Assembly: GCA_035304545.1 (NCBI GenBank)
Contig: DATGPV010000018.1
Coordinates: 4,331 to 68,330 of the forward strand
DNA from: Limnochordales bacterium
Lineage (GTDB): Bacteria > Bacillota > Limnochordia > Limnochordales > ZCTH02-B6
DNA length: 64,000 nt
Direction: 5' to 3'
Position numbers and translations under genes: made by a program. The notes below the pieces were generated by a model, which worked only from the letters and a program-made list of their open reading frames with translations, was not told the origin of the DNA and did not search any database. How positions within the stretch are numbered: position 1 is the stretch's first letter; every line of letters starts with the position of its first letter. This document shows positions 9,048 to 18,244 of this stretch, piece by piece.

Positions 9048-10292
9048 ATGAAGATCGCGGTGTTCACCGACAGCTACCAGCCGTACGTCAGCGGCGTCGT
9101 GCGGTCTATTGACACCTTTGGCGCCGAGCTGCTGGAGCTGGGGCACGAGGTGTACATCTTCGGCCCCCGCTACTATCACCAGGCGGCTAGCCCGGCGGCG
9201 CCCAAGCCCGAGCGGCCGCCGGCCCTGCGCGTCTTCCGCTTCTGGTCTATCCCCGTGCCCACCTACCGGGGCTTCACGGTGCCGGTGCCCATTTCCATGC
9301 AAGCCGAGGCCCTCTTGGCCGAGTTGGGCATCGACATCATCCACTCCCATTCGCCTTTCGTCATGGGTGTCATGGCCGCGGTGCTGGCCCGGCGCCGGGG
9401 AATTCCCCTGGCCTTTACCCACCACACCATGTACCACGAGTACGTCCACTACGTGCCGGGGGTCCGGACGGTGCTGCGCCAGCTGATGCTGCGCTATGTG
9501 GGCAGCTACTGCCGGCGGGCGGACCTTATTGTCGCCCCTACGCCCCAGATTCGCGACTTCATCGTGGAAACCTACGGCCTCGCGGGCAAGCCGGTCAAGG
9601 TGATTCCCACGGGCATCCCCGTGGACGACTACCGCCACGGCCATCGCCTTTGGCTGCGGGAGCGGCTGGGCATCCCTTCCGACGATCCGGTGCTGATCTT
9701 CGTCGGCCGCCTCGGAAGGGAAAAAAACGTCGCGTTTCTCCTGGAGGCGTTGCGCCGGGTCCGCGAGGCGGTGGACCGGGTGCACTTGGTGCTGGTGGGC
9801 GACGGCCCCGACCGGCCGCGGCTGGAGCGCATGGCCCGGGAGATGGGGCTGGCGGCGCAGGTGCACTTCACCGGCACCTTTACTAGGGATCAGGTTATAC
9901 AGGCCTATCACGGCGCGGATCTTTTCGTCATCGCCTCCACCACCGAAACCCAGGGCCTGGCCACCTTGGAAGCGATGGCGGCCGGGCTGCCGGTGGTGGG
10001 CGTGGACGCGCCGGGCACCCACGACATGGTGCAAAACGGAGTACAGGGGCTCTTGCGGCCCGAGGATCCGGCGGCCTTCGCGGCGGCGGCGGTGTCCCTC
10101 CTGACGGATCGGGCCAAGTACCAGCGCTTTGCCGCCCGGGCGCGGACCCGGGCCGAGTCTTTGAGCGCCCGGGAGATGGCCCTGCGGCTGGTGGGGGCCT
10201 ACCAGGAACTGCTCACGCCGGGACTGCACAGCCGCGAGGTGGGCAGGGATTCGCGGGTTCCGGTGGAATTGCCCAAGGGAGTTTCCCACTGA
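9048..10292 (+). CDS. GT4-family glycosyltransferase (GT-B fold; possibly a glycolipid synthase)
   Basis: Track ORF 9012..10292. MKIAVFTDSYQPYVSGVVRSIDTF is a typical GT4 N-terminus. The C-terminal half carries the EX7E-type region (TETQGLATLEAMAAGLPVV). The preferred start is ATG 9048. Confidence 0.85.
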   Translation: MKIAVFTDSYQPYVSGVVRSIDTFGAELLELGHEVYIFGPRYYHQAASPAAPKPERPPALRVFRFWSIPVPTYRGFTVPVPISMQAEALLAELGIDIIHSHSPFVMGVMAAVLARRRGIPLAFTHHTMYHEYVHYVPGVRTVLRQLMLRYVGSYCRRADLIVAPTPQIRDFIVETYGLAGKPVKVIPTGIPVDDYRHGHRLWLRERLGIPSDDPVLIFVGRLGREKNVAFLLEALRRVREAVDRVHLVLVGDGPDRPRLERMAREMGLAAQVHFTGTFTRDQVIQAYHGADLFVIASTTETQGLATLEAMAAGLPVVGVDAPGTHDMVQNGVQGLLRPEDPAAFAAAAVSLLTDRAKYQRFAARARTRAESLSAREMALRLVGAYQELLTPGLHSREVGRDSRVPVELPKGVSH

Positions 10293-10355
10293 CGCGGGTG
10301 GACGGCTGCGGGGCCGGCTCAAGGCGCCGGCCCGGGCCGCGGGAGGTGAGGGTGG

Positions 10356-10511
10356 ATGCGGCGGCCGACGGCGGCCACTATCGTCTTTGGTTCCCTGGTG
10401 CTGCTGGGGTTTGTCCTTTTGGCCACAGTGCTCCTGCCCTTGAGCGGCGCGGGGTGGTCCCTGTGGGGCGCTGACGGCCTCTTTTACCACTACCTGACGG
10501 AATTTTTCTAG
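10356..10511 (+). CDS. Small hypothetical membrane protein (51 aa) with a signal-peptide-like N-terminus
   Basis: Below the track's size cutoff. GGGAGGTGAGGG precedes the ATG. Translation: MRRPTAATIVFGSLVLLGFVLLATVLLPLSGAGWSLWGADGLFYHYLTEFF. GC3 is about 80%. Confidence 0.35.
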   Translation: MRRPTAATIVFGSLVLLGFVLLATVLLPLSGAGWSLWGADGLFYHYLTEFF

Positions 10512-10603
10512 ACCCCGGGGACTGGCCGCTGGCGGTTTGACCGCGGCGGTCCGGCGCGGGGCGCGCCCGGGTGTTGGCCGGGCGCGGATGGGGGTGAGCG
10601 CGG

Positions 10604-10744
10604 ATGGATCGGGAGGGCCAGGTGCAGGAGGAGACCCCGGTGCTGCCCGAGACGGGCGAAGCGCCTGTGCCCGGCTGGCTGGTGGGCCTGGGCATCGCCC
10701 TGGTGCTGTGGGCCGGCTGGTACCTGACCCTGTCGGTGCGCTGA
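10604..10744 (+). CDS. Small hypothetical protein (46 aa) resembling a bare LPXTG sorting signal
   Basis: Translation: MDREGQVQEETPVLPETGEAPVPGWLVGLGIALVLWAGWYLTLSVR. That is LPETG, then a hydrophobic span, then a terminal Arg. GC3 is about 93%. There is an in-frame stop 9 nt upstream of the ATG. Confidence 0.35.
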   Translation: MDREGQVQEETPVLPETGEAPVPGWLVGLGIALVLWAGWYLTLSVR

Positions 10745-10792
10745 CGGGACTGCCGGCTACGGCGGCTGGGGACGGCGCTCACCGGCGGGCCG

Positions 10793-10822
10793 TTGACAGC
10801 GCAAAAGGCTCTGTGCTAGGAT
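10793..10822 (+). promoter_or_regulatory. Putative sigma-A promoter of the leuS T-box leader
   Basis: TTGACA (10793-10798), 18 nt, TGcTAGGAT (extended -10; TAGGAT at 10817-10822). Confidence 0.6.
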
Positions 10823-10827
10823 CATAT

Positions 10828-11172
10828 CCACCATCCACGCAACGCAGGAAAATTGTGAATGACGATGAAGGGGACCAGTAGGGCGCAGCCGGGTTGCAGA
10901 GAGCCATCGGTTGCTGCGAGATGGTACCTGGCCCGACCCGAAGCTCACCCCGGAGTCGTTGGCCGAACGTCCCGGAGGCGCAGCGGCGGCTGCAGGCGGT
11001 CGCAGACGCGCACGGGGCCAGTAAGCCCAACCGGGCTCCGCCCGTTATTGCGGATTGGCACGGCGCCCGCAGCAGGGGCCCGGCCGGCGAGGGGGCCGCG
11101 GGAGCGGCCAATTAGAGTGGTACCGCGGAAGGTGTGCGCCTTTCGTCTCTAAGGGACGAGGGGCGCTTTTTC
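10828..11172 (+). promoter_or_regulatory. T-box riboswitch leader (tRNA-Leu responsive) with intrinsic terminator
   Basis: The T-box sequence AATTAGAGTGGTACCGCGG lies at about 11110-11128. Stem I has an AGAGAG motif. The specifier-loop context is GAAG-CUC-A, with CUC (Leu) at 10944-10946. The terminator is a 12-bp stem, GCGCCTTTCGTC (11136-11147) with GACGAGGGGCGC (11155-11166), followed by TTTTT. The gene downstream is leuS. Confidence 0.9.
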
Positions 11173-11185
11173 ATGAGCGAGGTGT

Positions 11186-13699
11186 ATGGATATGGCACGC
11201 ACGGCGACCATGAGGCCCACCACCTACGATTTCGACGCGGTGGAGCAAAAGTGGCAGAGGCGATGGGAGGAGCAGGACCTCTACCGGGTGGCAGAGGATC
11301 CGTCCAAGCCCAAGTACTACTGCCTGGAAATGTTCCCTTACCCGTCGGGCAAGCTCCACATGGGCCACGTCCGCAACTACTCCATCGGCGACGTGGTGGC
11401 CCGCTACAAGCGCATGCGCGGGTTCAACGTGCTGCACCCGATGGGCTGGGACGCCTTTGGCCTGCCGGCGGAGAATGCGGCCATTCAGCACAACATCCAC
11501 CCCAGCCCTTGGACGTGGGACAACATCGACAACATGCGGCGGCAGCTGAAGCGGCTGGGGATCAGCTACGACTGGAGCCGTGAGGTGGCCTCGTGCCATC
11601 CCGACTATTACCGCTGGACCCAGTGGCTGTTTCTGCAGTTTTTCAAGGCAGGCCTCGCGTACAAGAAGCGCAGCCCCGTCAACTGGTGCCCCAACTGCGC
11701 CACGGTGCTGGCCAACGAGCAGGTGGTCCAGGGCCGCTGCGAGCGGTGCGATACGCCCGTCACGACCCGGGAGCTGGAGCAGTGGTTTTTCCGCATTACC
11801 CAGTACGCCGACCGGCTGCTGGAGGATCTGGATAACCTCCCGGGCTGGCCCGAGAAAGTCAAGATCATGCAGCGCAACTGGATCGGCAAGAGCCACGGTG
11901 TGGAGATCCGGTTTCCGATCAAGGGCATGGATGAGGTCTTGCCGGTGTTTACCACCCGGGCCGACACCATCTACGGTGCCACCTACATGGTGGTGGCTCC
12001 CGAGCACCCCCTGGTGCCCCGGCTCATTGCGGATTCCCCGGACCGGGCGGCCATCGAGCGGTTCATTGAAGACGTGCGGCGCCAGGACGAGATCGCGCGC
12101 ACGGCCGAAGAAGGCGAAAAGCTGGGGATGTTCACCGGCAGCTACTGCGTCAATCCTTTCACGGGCGAGGACATTCCCATCTGGATCGGCAACTACGTCC
12201 TGATGGGCTACGGGACCGGAGCGATCATGGCGGTGCCGGCCCACGACCAGCGGGACTTGGACTTTGCCCGCCGCTACGGCCTGCCGGTGCGGGTCGTCAT
12301 CGCGCCCAAGGACGGCCCCATGCCCGATGCGGCCACCATGACCGAAGCCTTTGTGGACGACGGCATCATGGTCAACTCGGGGCCCTATGACGGGCTTGCC
12401 AACCGGGAGGGGCTGGAGCGCATCGCCGACGAGGTGGAGCGGCGGGGCATCGGCCAGCGCCGGGTGCAGTACCGGCTGCGGGACTGGCTCATCTCCCGCC
12501 AGCGCTACTGGGGCTGTCCCATCCCCATCGTCTACTGCGGCCAGTGCGGCATCGTGCCGGTGCCTGAGGATCAGCTGCCGGTGCTGCTGCCCGAGGATGT
12601 GGCCTTCAAGCCCACCGGCCAGTCGCCGCTGGTGGAAAAGGAAGAGTTCGTCAACACCACCTGCCCCCACTGCGGCGGCGCGGCCCGGCGGGAGACGGAC
12701 ACCATGGACACCTTTGTCGACTCGTCCTGGTACTTCCTGCGCTTTTGCGACCCCCACAACAAGAATGAAGCCTTCGCCCGGGACAAGGTCGACTATTGGA
12801 TGCCGGTGGACCAGTACATCGGCGGGGTGGAGCACGCGATCCTGCACTTGATGTACGCCCGGTTTTTCCAGATGGTGCTGGCGGACCTGGGGCTAGTCAC
12901 CGCCGAGCGGCCCTTCGAGCGGCTCCTCACCCAAGGCATGGTGCTCAAGGACGGCGCCAAGATGTCCAAGTCCAAGGGCAACACGGTGGACCCCGACGCC
13001 ATTGTCCGCAAGTACGGGGCCGACACCGCACGGCTGTTCATCTTGTTCGCCGCGCCGCCCGAGCGGGACTTGGAGTGGAGCGACGCGGGCGTCGAGGGCG
13101 CCTACCGGTTCCTCAACCGGGTGTGGCGGCTGGTGGGCGACTTGGTGGAGGAGCTGGGGCCCCTGCCCGCGGGTCAGGCGGCGCCGGGTCAGGATGCGGC
13201 CGCGGAGGACTTGCGGCGCATGGTGCACCGCACGGTGCAGCGGGTGACCCAGGACATCGAGGAGCGGTTCCACTTCAACACCGCCATCAGTGCCATCATG
13301 GAACTGGTCAACGCGTTTTACCTCTACAAGGAATCCGGCGGGCCGCGGGACCGGGCGGTGGTCGCGGAAGGGTTGGAGAAGCTGGTGCTGCTGTTGGCGC
13401 CCTTTGCCCCCCACCTGGCCGAGGAGCTGTGGGAAATGTTGGGCCGCAGCGGCAGCGTCCATGAGCAGCCGTGGCCGGCCTACGATCCCGAAGCGGTGCA
13501 GGCCGACACCGTGGAGATCGTGGTGCAGGTCAACGGCCGGGTGCGGGACCGGCTGTGGGTGGCGCGGGATGCCTCCGAAGAGGAGGTGCGGGCGGCCGCC
13601 TTGGCCATGCCCAAGGTGCAGGAGCACATCGGCGGGCGTCCCGTGGCCCGGGTGGTGGTGGTGCCCGGCCGCCTGGTGAACGTGGTGGTGGCCGGGTAG
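11186..13699 (+). CDS. leuS: Leucine--tRNA ligase
   Basis: 837 aa. It has the HMGH-type motif ([15 protein letters not shown]) and the KMSKS motif ([10 protein letters not shown]). The start is either ATG 11186 or, better spaced from GAGGTG, ATG 11192. Confidence 0.97.
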   Translation: MDMARTATMRPTTYDFDAVEQKWQRRWEEQDLYRVAEDPSKPKYYCLEMFPYPSGKLHMGHVRNYSIGDVVARYKRMRGFNVLHPMGWDAFGLPAENAAIQHNIHPSPWTWDNIDNMRRQLKRLGISYDWSREVASCHPDYYRWTQWLFLQFFKAGLAYKKRSPVNWCPNCATVLANEQVVQGRCERCDTPVTTRELEQWFFRITQYADRLLEDLDNLPGWPEKVKIMQRNWIGKSHGVEIRFPIKGMDEVLPVFTTRADTIYGATYMVVAPEHPLVPRLIADSPDRAAIERFIEDVRRQDEIARTAEEGEKLGMFTGSYCVNPFTGEDIPIWIGNYVLMGYGTGAIMAVPAHDQRDLDFARRYGLPVRVVIAPKDGPMPDAATMTEAFVDDGIMVNSGPYDGLANREGLERIADEVERRGIGQRRVQYRLRDWLISRQRYWGCPIPIVYCGQCGIVPVPEDQLPVLLPEDVAFKPTGQSPLVEKEEFVNTTCPHCGGAARRETDTMDTFVDSSWYFLRFCDPHNKNEAFARDKVDYWMPVDQYIGGVEHAILHLMYARFFQMVLADLGLVTAERPFERLLTQGMVLKDGAKMSKSKGNTVDPDAIVRKYGADTARLFILFAAPPERDLEWSDAGVEGAYRFLNRVWRLVGDLVEELGPLPAGQAAPGQDAAAEDLRRMVHRTVQRVTQDIEERFHFNTAISAIMELVNAFYLYKESGGPRDRAVVAEGLEKLVLLLAPFAPHLAEELWEMLGRSGSVHEQPWPAYDPEAVQADTVEIVVQVNGRVRDRLWVARDASEEEVRAAALAMPKVQEHIGGRPVARVVVVPGRLVNVVVAG

Positions 13700-13779
13700 G
13701 GCCCTGCGGGCAAAGCAGCGTCTCCCCAGAAACAGCGTCTTCCAGGGGGCGGGCGATCCACGCTGGCCCGTGAAAAACC

Positions 13780-13813
13780 GCTGCGGCCGCCGGTGTCCAC
13801 CGGCGGCCGCAGC
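13780..13813. terminator. Bidirectional hairpin between convergent leuS and the glutaredoxin-like gene
   Basis: Perfect 14-bp stem: GCTGCGGCCGCCGG (13780-13793), loop TGTCCA, CCGGCGGCCGCAGC (13800-13813). It is preceded by AAAAA on the + strand. Confidence 0.7.
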
Positions 13814-13821
13814 TCGTTAGG

Positions 13822-14058
13822 TTAGCTTCCTACGCCCACCGCGTCCAGGATCTGCTGGGGCTGGTAGCCGATGATCACCTGGCCGTCCACCACGGTGGTG
13901 GGCACCCCGAGGGTCCCCAAGGACGCGAGTTCGGCCGCGTACCGGCGGTCGTAGCTCACGTTGCGCTCCTCGTAGGGGATGCCTTGATCTTCCAGGAACT
14001 GCTTGAGCATGACGCAATAGGGGCACGTGGAAGTCGTGTAGACGATGGGCTTCTTCAA
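13822..14058 (-). CDS. Glutaredoxin-like / NrdH-like small thiol-disulfide oxidoreductase
   Basis: KKPIVYTTSTCPYCVMLKQFLEDQGIPYEERNV...GVPTTVVDG shows a CPYC active site and a thioredoxin fold. The track start GTG 14067 abuts the SD. TTG 14058 lies 9 nt from GGAGG and gives MKKPIVYT. Confidence 0.85.
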   Translation of the reverse strand: MKKPIVYTTSTCPYCVMLKQFLEDQGIPYEERNVSYDRRYAAELASLGTLGVPTTVVDGQVIIGYQPQQILDAVGVGS

Positions 14059-14078
14059 GACGCACACCCTCCTCTTAT

Positions 14079-14141
14079 ATACTCATACGGGGTATTGTAT
14101 ATCGACGCCTTCATCATAATATACCCTTTGGGGTATGTCAA
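14079..14141 (-). promoter_or_regulatory. Near-consensus sigma-A promoter with two CsoR/CstR-like palindromic operators
   Basis: Minus strand: TTGACA (14141-14136), 17 nt, TATGAT (14118-14113). The spacer is filled by the palindrome ATACCC-TTTG-GGGTAT (14121-14136). A second related site, ATACTCATACGGGGTAT (14079-14095), lies downstream of the predicted transcription start site (TSS). Confidence 0.5.
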
Positions 14142-14311
14142 CCTCCTCTCTGTCTCCTCCTAACGGCCCGCTGTGAACCGGGAAAGCCCCATGCCGACAA
14201 AGAATACCGCGAATTGACCGAAGGATGGCCGCCCCGGGGGACGGAAGGGGAAGAGCCGACTGCCGCGCGCACGGCGGGCGCACCTAGAAGTCCAACGGGA
14301 GGGGTATCGGG

Positions 14312-14782
14312 ATGTTTGGGTGGTCTCGCTGGGAGAGCTGGTTGGCGGTGGCGGTGAGCGTCCTGTTGGTGACCGGCGTGTTGGGCCACTGGTGGCTGGA
14401 CCGCCGGTGGGGCCGCGGGGGCCTGGGGCCGGTCATCATTGAACCCGCGGCGGCGGCTACCCTGGCCAGCGATGCCGGATCGGAGTCAGCCGGCGCCGCC
14501 GCAGGCGATGCCTACGGCACCGCGGCGGGCGAGGCGGACGGTCCGTGCCCGCCCGCGGCGGCGCCGGTCCCGGCGGCGGCGGTGGACCTCCGCATCGACA
14601 TCAACCGGGCCCAGGCGTCGGAACTGGAGCGCCTGCCCGGCATCGGGCCCGCCCTGGCCCGGCGCATCGTGGAGTACAGGGAGGCATGGGGGCCCTTCAC
14701 CGTTATCGAGGACATCATGGAAGTGCCCGGCATCGGTCCCGCGAAGTTCAACGCCATCCGGGACTTGATCCGGGTCCAGTGA
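14312..14782 (+). CDS. comEA: Competence protein ComEA (DNA receptor, tandem helix-hairpin-helix)
   Basis: N-terminal TM segment. The C-terminus reads INRAQASELERLPGIGPALARRIVEYREAWGPFTVIEDIMEVPGIGPAKFNAIRDLI. Confidence 0.9.
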   Translation: MFGWSRWESWLAVAVSVLLVTGVLGHWWLDRRWGRGGLGPVIIEPAAAATLASDAGSESAGAAAGDAYGTAAGEADGPCPPAAAPVPAAAVDLRIDINRAQASELERLPGIGPALARRIVEYREAWGPFTVIEDIMEVPGIGPAKFNAIRDLIRVQ

Positions 14783-14786
14783 GGCC

Positions 14787-17216
14787 GTGGGGCCCTTTGT
14801 CACCTGGAGCCTGCTGGTGGCCGCGGGCATGGTCCTGCAGGGGCATGTGGGGCTCCCGCCGGCAGCATGGACGGCGTTGGCCGCCGCGCTGGGCCTGCCG
14901 GTGGCCGTGGGCACGGCCCGGGGCCGTGGGCTGGGGCCGCTGGCGGCTTTGCTGGTGGTCGTCTGCGGGGCTGGCTGGCTGGCCCAATACGAGTCCCGGA
15001 TGGAGCTGGGCCTCGCTTCCTTTATCGACACGGGTCCCGTGGTGTTGACGGGGCGGGTGGTGGGCTTTCCCGAGCCCGCGGGATCCCGCACCCACGTGGT
15101 GGTACAAGTGGATCAGGTCCAAGCCCGCGGCGAGGCCGTGCCGGCGCGGGGCAAGGTGCGGGTGACACTGCCGGCGGCCGTGCCGGTCCGGTACGGCGAT
15201 ACGCTGCAGGTGCGGGCGGTGCTGCGCCGGCCCGCGGCCGCCACCAACCCCGGAGCCTTTGACTACCGGGAACACCTGCGGCGGCAAGGGGTGACGGCCG
15301 TGGCCACCGTCACCTATCCCCGCCATGCCTCCATCGTCGCGCGGGGCGGCGGGAACGTGCTGAAGCGGTTGGCGGCGGGCGTGCGGGAGCGGGTGGCCGG
15401 TGGCCTTGCGGCCGTGCTGGCGCCGGACCAGGCGGCGGTGATGGCCGGCCTCGTCCTGGGGCAGCGGCAAGGGCTGCCGCCAGAGTTGGAGGCCACGTTC
15501 CAGAGGGCCGGGGTCATGCACCTGCTGGCCGTCTCGGGGCTGCATGTGGGTTTTGTAGCGGGGGCCGCATGGCGGCTGCTGGCGGCGGCCCGGGTGCCGC
15601 GCCCGTTGGCGGCCGTGGTCGGGTCGGTGCTGGTGTGGGTGTACGTGCTGGCCGCCGGTGCCCGCCCGCCGGCGGTGCGGGCGGGCGTGGGGAGCACCTT
15701 GGGGCTTTTGGCCGCGGCCCTGGCGCGAGAGCGGGACATGGCCACCGCCCTGGCGGTGGGCGCCCTCATCCTGCTGGTGGAAAATCCCCTGGCGCTGTTT
15801 GACGTGTCCTTCCAGCTGAGCTTCGCGGCCACCGCGGGCATCCTCGTGGCCTACGGGCCCATCCGGCGGGCGCTGGGGCGACTGCCGGGCGCCGTCGCCG
15901 CGGCCGTGGCCGTCACCGCCGGGGCCCAACTGGGCGTCGTGCCGTTGCTGGCCTACTACTTTCAAAAAGTGTCCCTGGTCGGCTTTGCGGGCAGCCTCAT
16001 CGGCGGGCCCCTGACCGGCCTGTTGGTGCCCTTGGGATTGGCCACGGGGCTGCTCCACGGGGTGTGGCCGCAGGCGGCCCATCTCTTGGGCCACGGCGTT
16101 GTTTGGCTGGTGGAGGCGCTGACGACGGCCATGACGTGGTTGGCCCGCTGGCCTTGGGCTCTGGTGGAGGTGCCCCGGCCGTGGGTGGGCACCATGCTGG
16201 TGTGGTGGGGGCTGGGCGTCCTGCTTCTGCGGGGCCCGGGGTGGGCGCCCCGGCAGCGGCGGGCCGTGGCGTGGGCGTGCGGCCTCGTTGTCGTGGCCGG
16301 ACTGTGGCTCCCCCTGTTGGGGGAAGCCCGGCGGCTGGAGCTGCTGGTGCTGGACGTGGGGCAGGGGGACGCGATCTTCATCCGCACGCCCGCCGGCGTC
16401 ACCGCCCTGGTGGACGGCGGCGGCCACCGGTGGCGGGAGGGCGTCGAAGTCTTCAATGCCGGCCGGGATGTGATCGTGCCCTTTCTCCGGCGGGAAGGGG
16501 TGCGGCGGGTGGACATGGTGGTGCTGACCCATGCCCACGACGATCACCTGGCGGGGCTGCTGCCCGTGGTGGCCCAGATGGAGGTGGGCCTGGCGGTAGA
16601 CAACGGCCAGTCCGGGGCGACGCCCTTGTGGGACGCCTACCTGAGTTTGCTCGCGGAGCGGGGCGTGCCCCGCCGGGTCGTGGGGGCGGGCCACGTCATC
16701 GCCCTGGATGCCCATACCGTGCTGGAGGTGTTGCACCCGCCCTCCGAGCCGGTGGCTGGCGCCGGCGACGGCCTCAACGACAATTCTATCGTCTTGCGGC
16801 TGCGCTACGGCGATACCGCGGTGCTGTTGACGGGCGATCTCGAGGCACCCGGGCAGCGGCACCTGTTGGCCAGCGGCACCGATCTGCGGGCCGACGTGGT
16901 CAAGGTGCCCCACCATGGCAGCCGCCTGTCCCTGGTGTCTCCCTTTTATGCCGCGACAGGGGCCGCCGCGGCCATCATTCCCGTGGGTCCCAACAACTAC
17001 GGGCAGCCCCACCCCGATGTGCTGGCAGCCCTCGCCCAGCTGGAGATGGCCGTCTACCGCACCGACCTGCACGGGGCGGTGCGGTGGGTGAGCGACGGCG
17101 CCCGCTGGTCCCTTTGCCCGGCGGTGGCCGGATCGGCGCGCAGCCCCGGCTGTTCCGGGTGCAGGAAGACGGCGGTGCCGTGCGGAATTGCCGCCCAGAA
17201 CGAAGCGGTACGGTGA
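14787..17216 (+). CDS. comEC: DNA internalization competence protein ComEC/Rec2
   Basis: 809 aa. It has a polytopic membrane core plus a C-terminal metallo-beta-lactamase domain (LLVLDVGQGDAIFIRTPAGVTALVDGG...VLTHAHDDHLAGL...KVPHHGS). Confidence 0.93.
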   Translation: MGPFVTWSLLVAAGMVLQGHVGLPPAAWTALAAALGLPVAVGTARGRGLGPLAALLVVVCGAGWLAQYESRMELGLASFIDTGPVVLTGRVVGFPEPAGSRTHVVVQVDQVQARGEAVPARGKVRVTLPAAVPVRYGDTLQVRAVLRRPAAATNPGAFDYREHLRRQGVTAVATVTYPRHASIVARGGGNVLKRLAAGVRERVAGGLAAVLAPDQAAVMAGLVLGQRQGLPPELEATFQRAGVMHLLAVSGLHVGFVAGAAWRLLAAARVPRPLAAVVGSVLVWVYVLAAGARPPAVRAGVGSTLGLLAAALARERDMATALAVGALILLVENPLALFDVSFQLSFAATAGILVAYGPIRRALGRLPGAVAAAVAVTAGAQLGVVPLLAYYFQKVSLVGFAGSLIGGPLTGLLVPLGLATGLLHGVWPQAAHLLGHGVVWLVEALTTAMTWLARWPWALVEVPRPWVGTMLVWWGLGVLLLRGPGWAPRQRRAVAWACGLVVVAGLWLPLLGEARRLELLVLDVGQGDAIFIRTPAGVTALVDGGGHRWREGVEVFNAGRDVIVPFLRREGVRRVDMVVLTHAHDDHLAGLLPVVAQMEVGLAVDNGQSGATPLWDAYLSLLAERGVPRRVVGAGHVIALDAHTVLEVLHPPSEPVAGAGDGLNDNSIVLRLRYGDTAVLLTGDLEAPGQRHLLASGTDLRADVVKVPHHGSRLSLVSPFYAATGAAAAIIPVGPNNYGQPHPDVLAALAQLEMAVYRTDLHGAVRWVSDGARWSLCPAVAGSARSPGCSGCRKTAVPCGIAAQNEAVR

Positions 17217-17276
17217 GGGGAGAGGGCGGCCATCGACGGGCTGACCGAGCTCGCGCAAGAGCTGCGCACAGGAGCG

Positions 17277-18242
17277 GTGGCTGGATTATACCTTGTGGTG
17301 GGCGAGGATGCCTTTGCCCGGGAGCGGGCGTGCCGGCTCATCGAGGAAGCCCTCGCGTCCGGGCCGGGCGGGGTGGACCGGCTGGTGCTCTATGGCGATG
17401 AAACGACGCCCGAGGCCATCATGGGCGCCATCGGCACGGGCTCTCTGTTCGGGGACGCCCGCCTGGTGGTGGTGCGGGGGTTTGACCGGCTCGGCGCCGA
17501 CGGCCAGGAGCAGCTGACCCCGCTGCTGGCCCGCCTGCCCGCCGGGGTGACCGTCGTGCTGGTGGCCACTGCCCTGGATCGGCGCCGCAAGGGCGTGCAG
17601 GCGCTGATCCGCGCGGGCCGGGTGGTGGCCTGCGACCCGCCCCCCCGGGGCGCCTTGCCCCAGTGGGTAAAGCAGCGGGCCCGGGACCTGGGCCTCCGCC
17701 TCGCACCCGACGCGGTGCAGGCCCTTTTGGCGTCCGCGGGTCCGGACCCCCAGACCCTGCATACGGAGTTGGAGAAGCTGGCCACCTATGCCGGCGGCGC
17801 GCCCGTGGATGCAGCCACGGTGGAGCAGGTGGCCAGCGTGGCCATCCCCTACGCGGCCGAGTACGCCGTCTTTCGCTTCGCGGATGCGGTGGCCGAAGGC
17901 CGGGCCCAGGACGCGCTGGTTATCTTGAACGATCTGTTGGCGGTAGGCCATCCTCCCCTGGCCCTTCTCGGCATGATGGCCCGGCAGTACCGGCTCATTC
18001 TCCTGGTGCTGGACGCCGCGGCGGACCGGCGGGAACTGGCGGCCCGCCTGCGGCTGCAGCCCTTCGTGGTGGACCGGCTGGTCCGGCAAGGGGCGCTGCT
18101 GGGCCAGGAAAGGGCGGCGGCGGCCCTCCGCCGCGTTATCCAGGCCGATAAGGAAATAAAAACGGGCCGGGACCCCCGGATCGTGCTGGAAACGCTGGTG
18201 GTCGCGCTGGCCCATGGACAACAGGATCGAAAGGTGGGTTAG
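17277..18242 (+). CDS. holA: DNA polymerase III subunit delta
   Basis: 321 aa. LYLVVGEDAFARERACRLIEEAL matches the HolA N-domain. Synteny is comEC-holA-rpsT. The true N-terminus may lie upstream (see findings). Confidence 0.88.
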   Translation: MAGLYLVVGEDAFARERACRLIEEALASGPGGVDRLVLYGDETTPEAIMGAIGTGSLFGDARLVVVRGFDRLGADGQEQLTPLLARLPAGVTVVLVATALDRRRKGVQALIRAGRVVACDPPPRGALPQWVKQRARDLGLRLAPDAVQALLASAGPDPQTLHTELEKLATYAGGAPVDAATVEQVASVAIPYAAEYAVFRFADAVAEGRAQDALVILNDLLAVGHPPLALLGMMARQYRLILLVLDAAADRRELAARLRLQPFVVDRLVRQGALLGQERAAAALRRVIQADKEIKTGRDPRIVLETLVVALAHGQQDRKVG

Positions 18243-18244
18243 GT

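Noticed and set aside
8576-9051. Small ORFs 8576..8767 +, 8706..8906 -, 8764..9030 -, 8818..9051 +.
   Set aside because: The region is fully explained by RNase P RNA and its promoter. The ORF translations are featureless.
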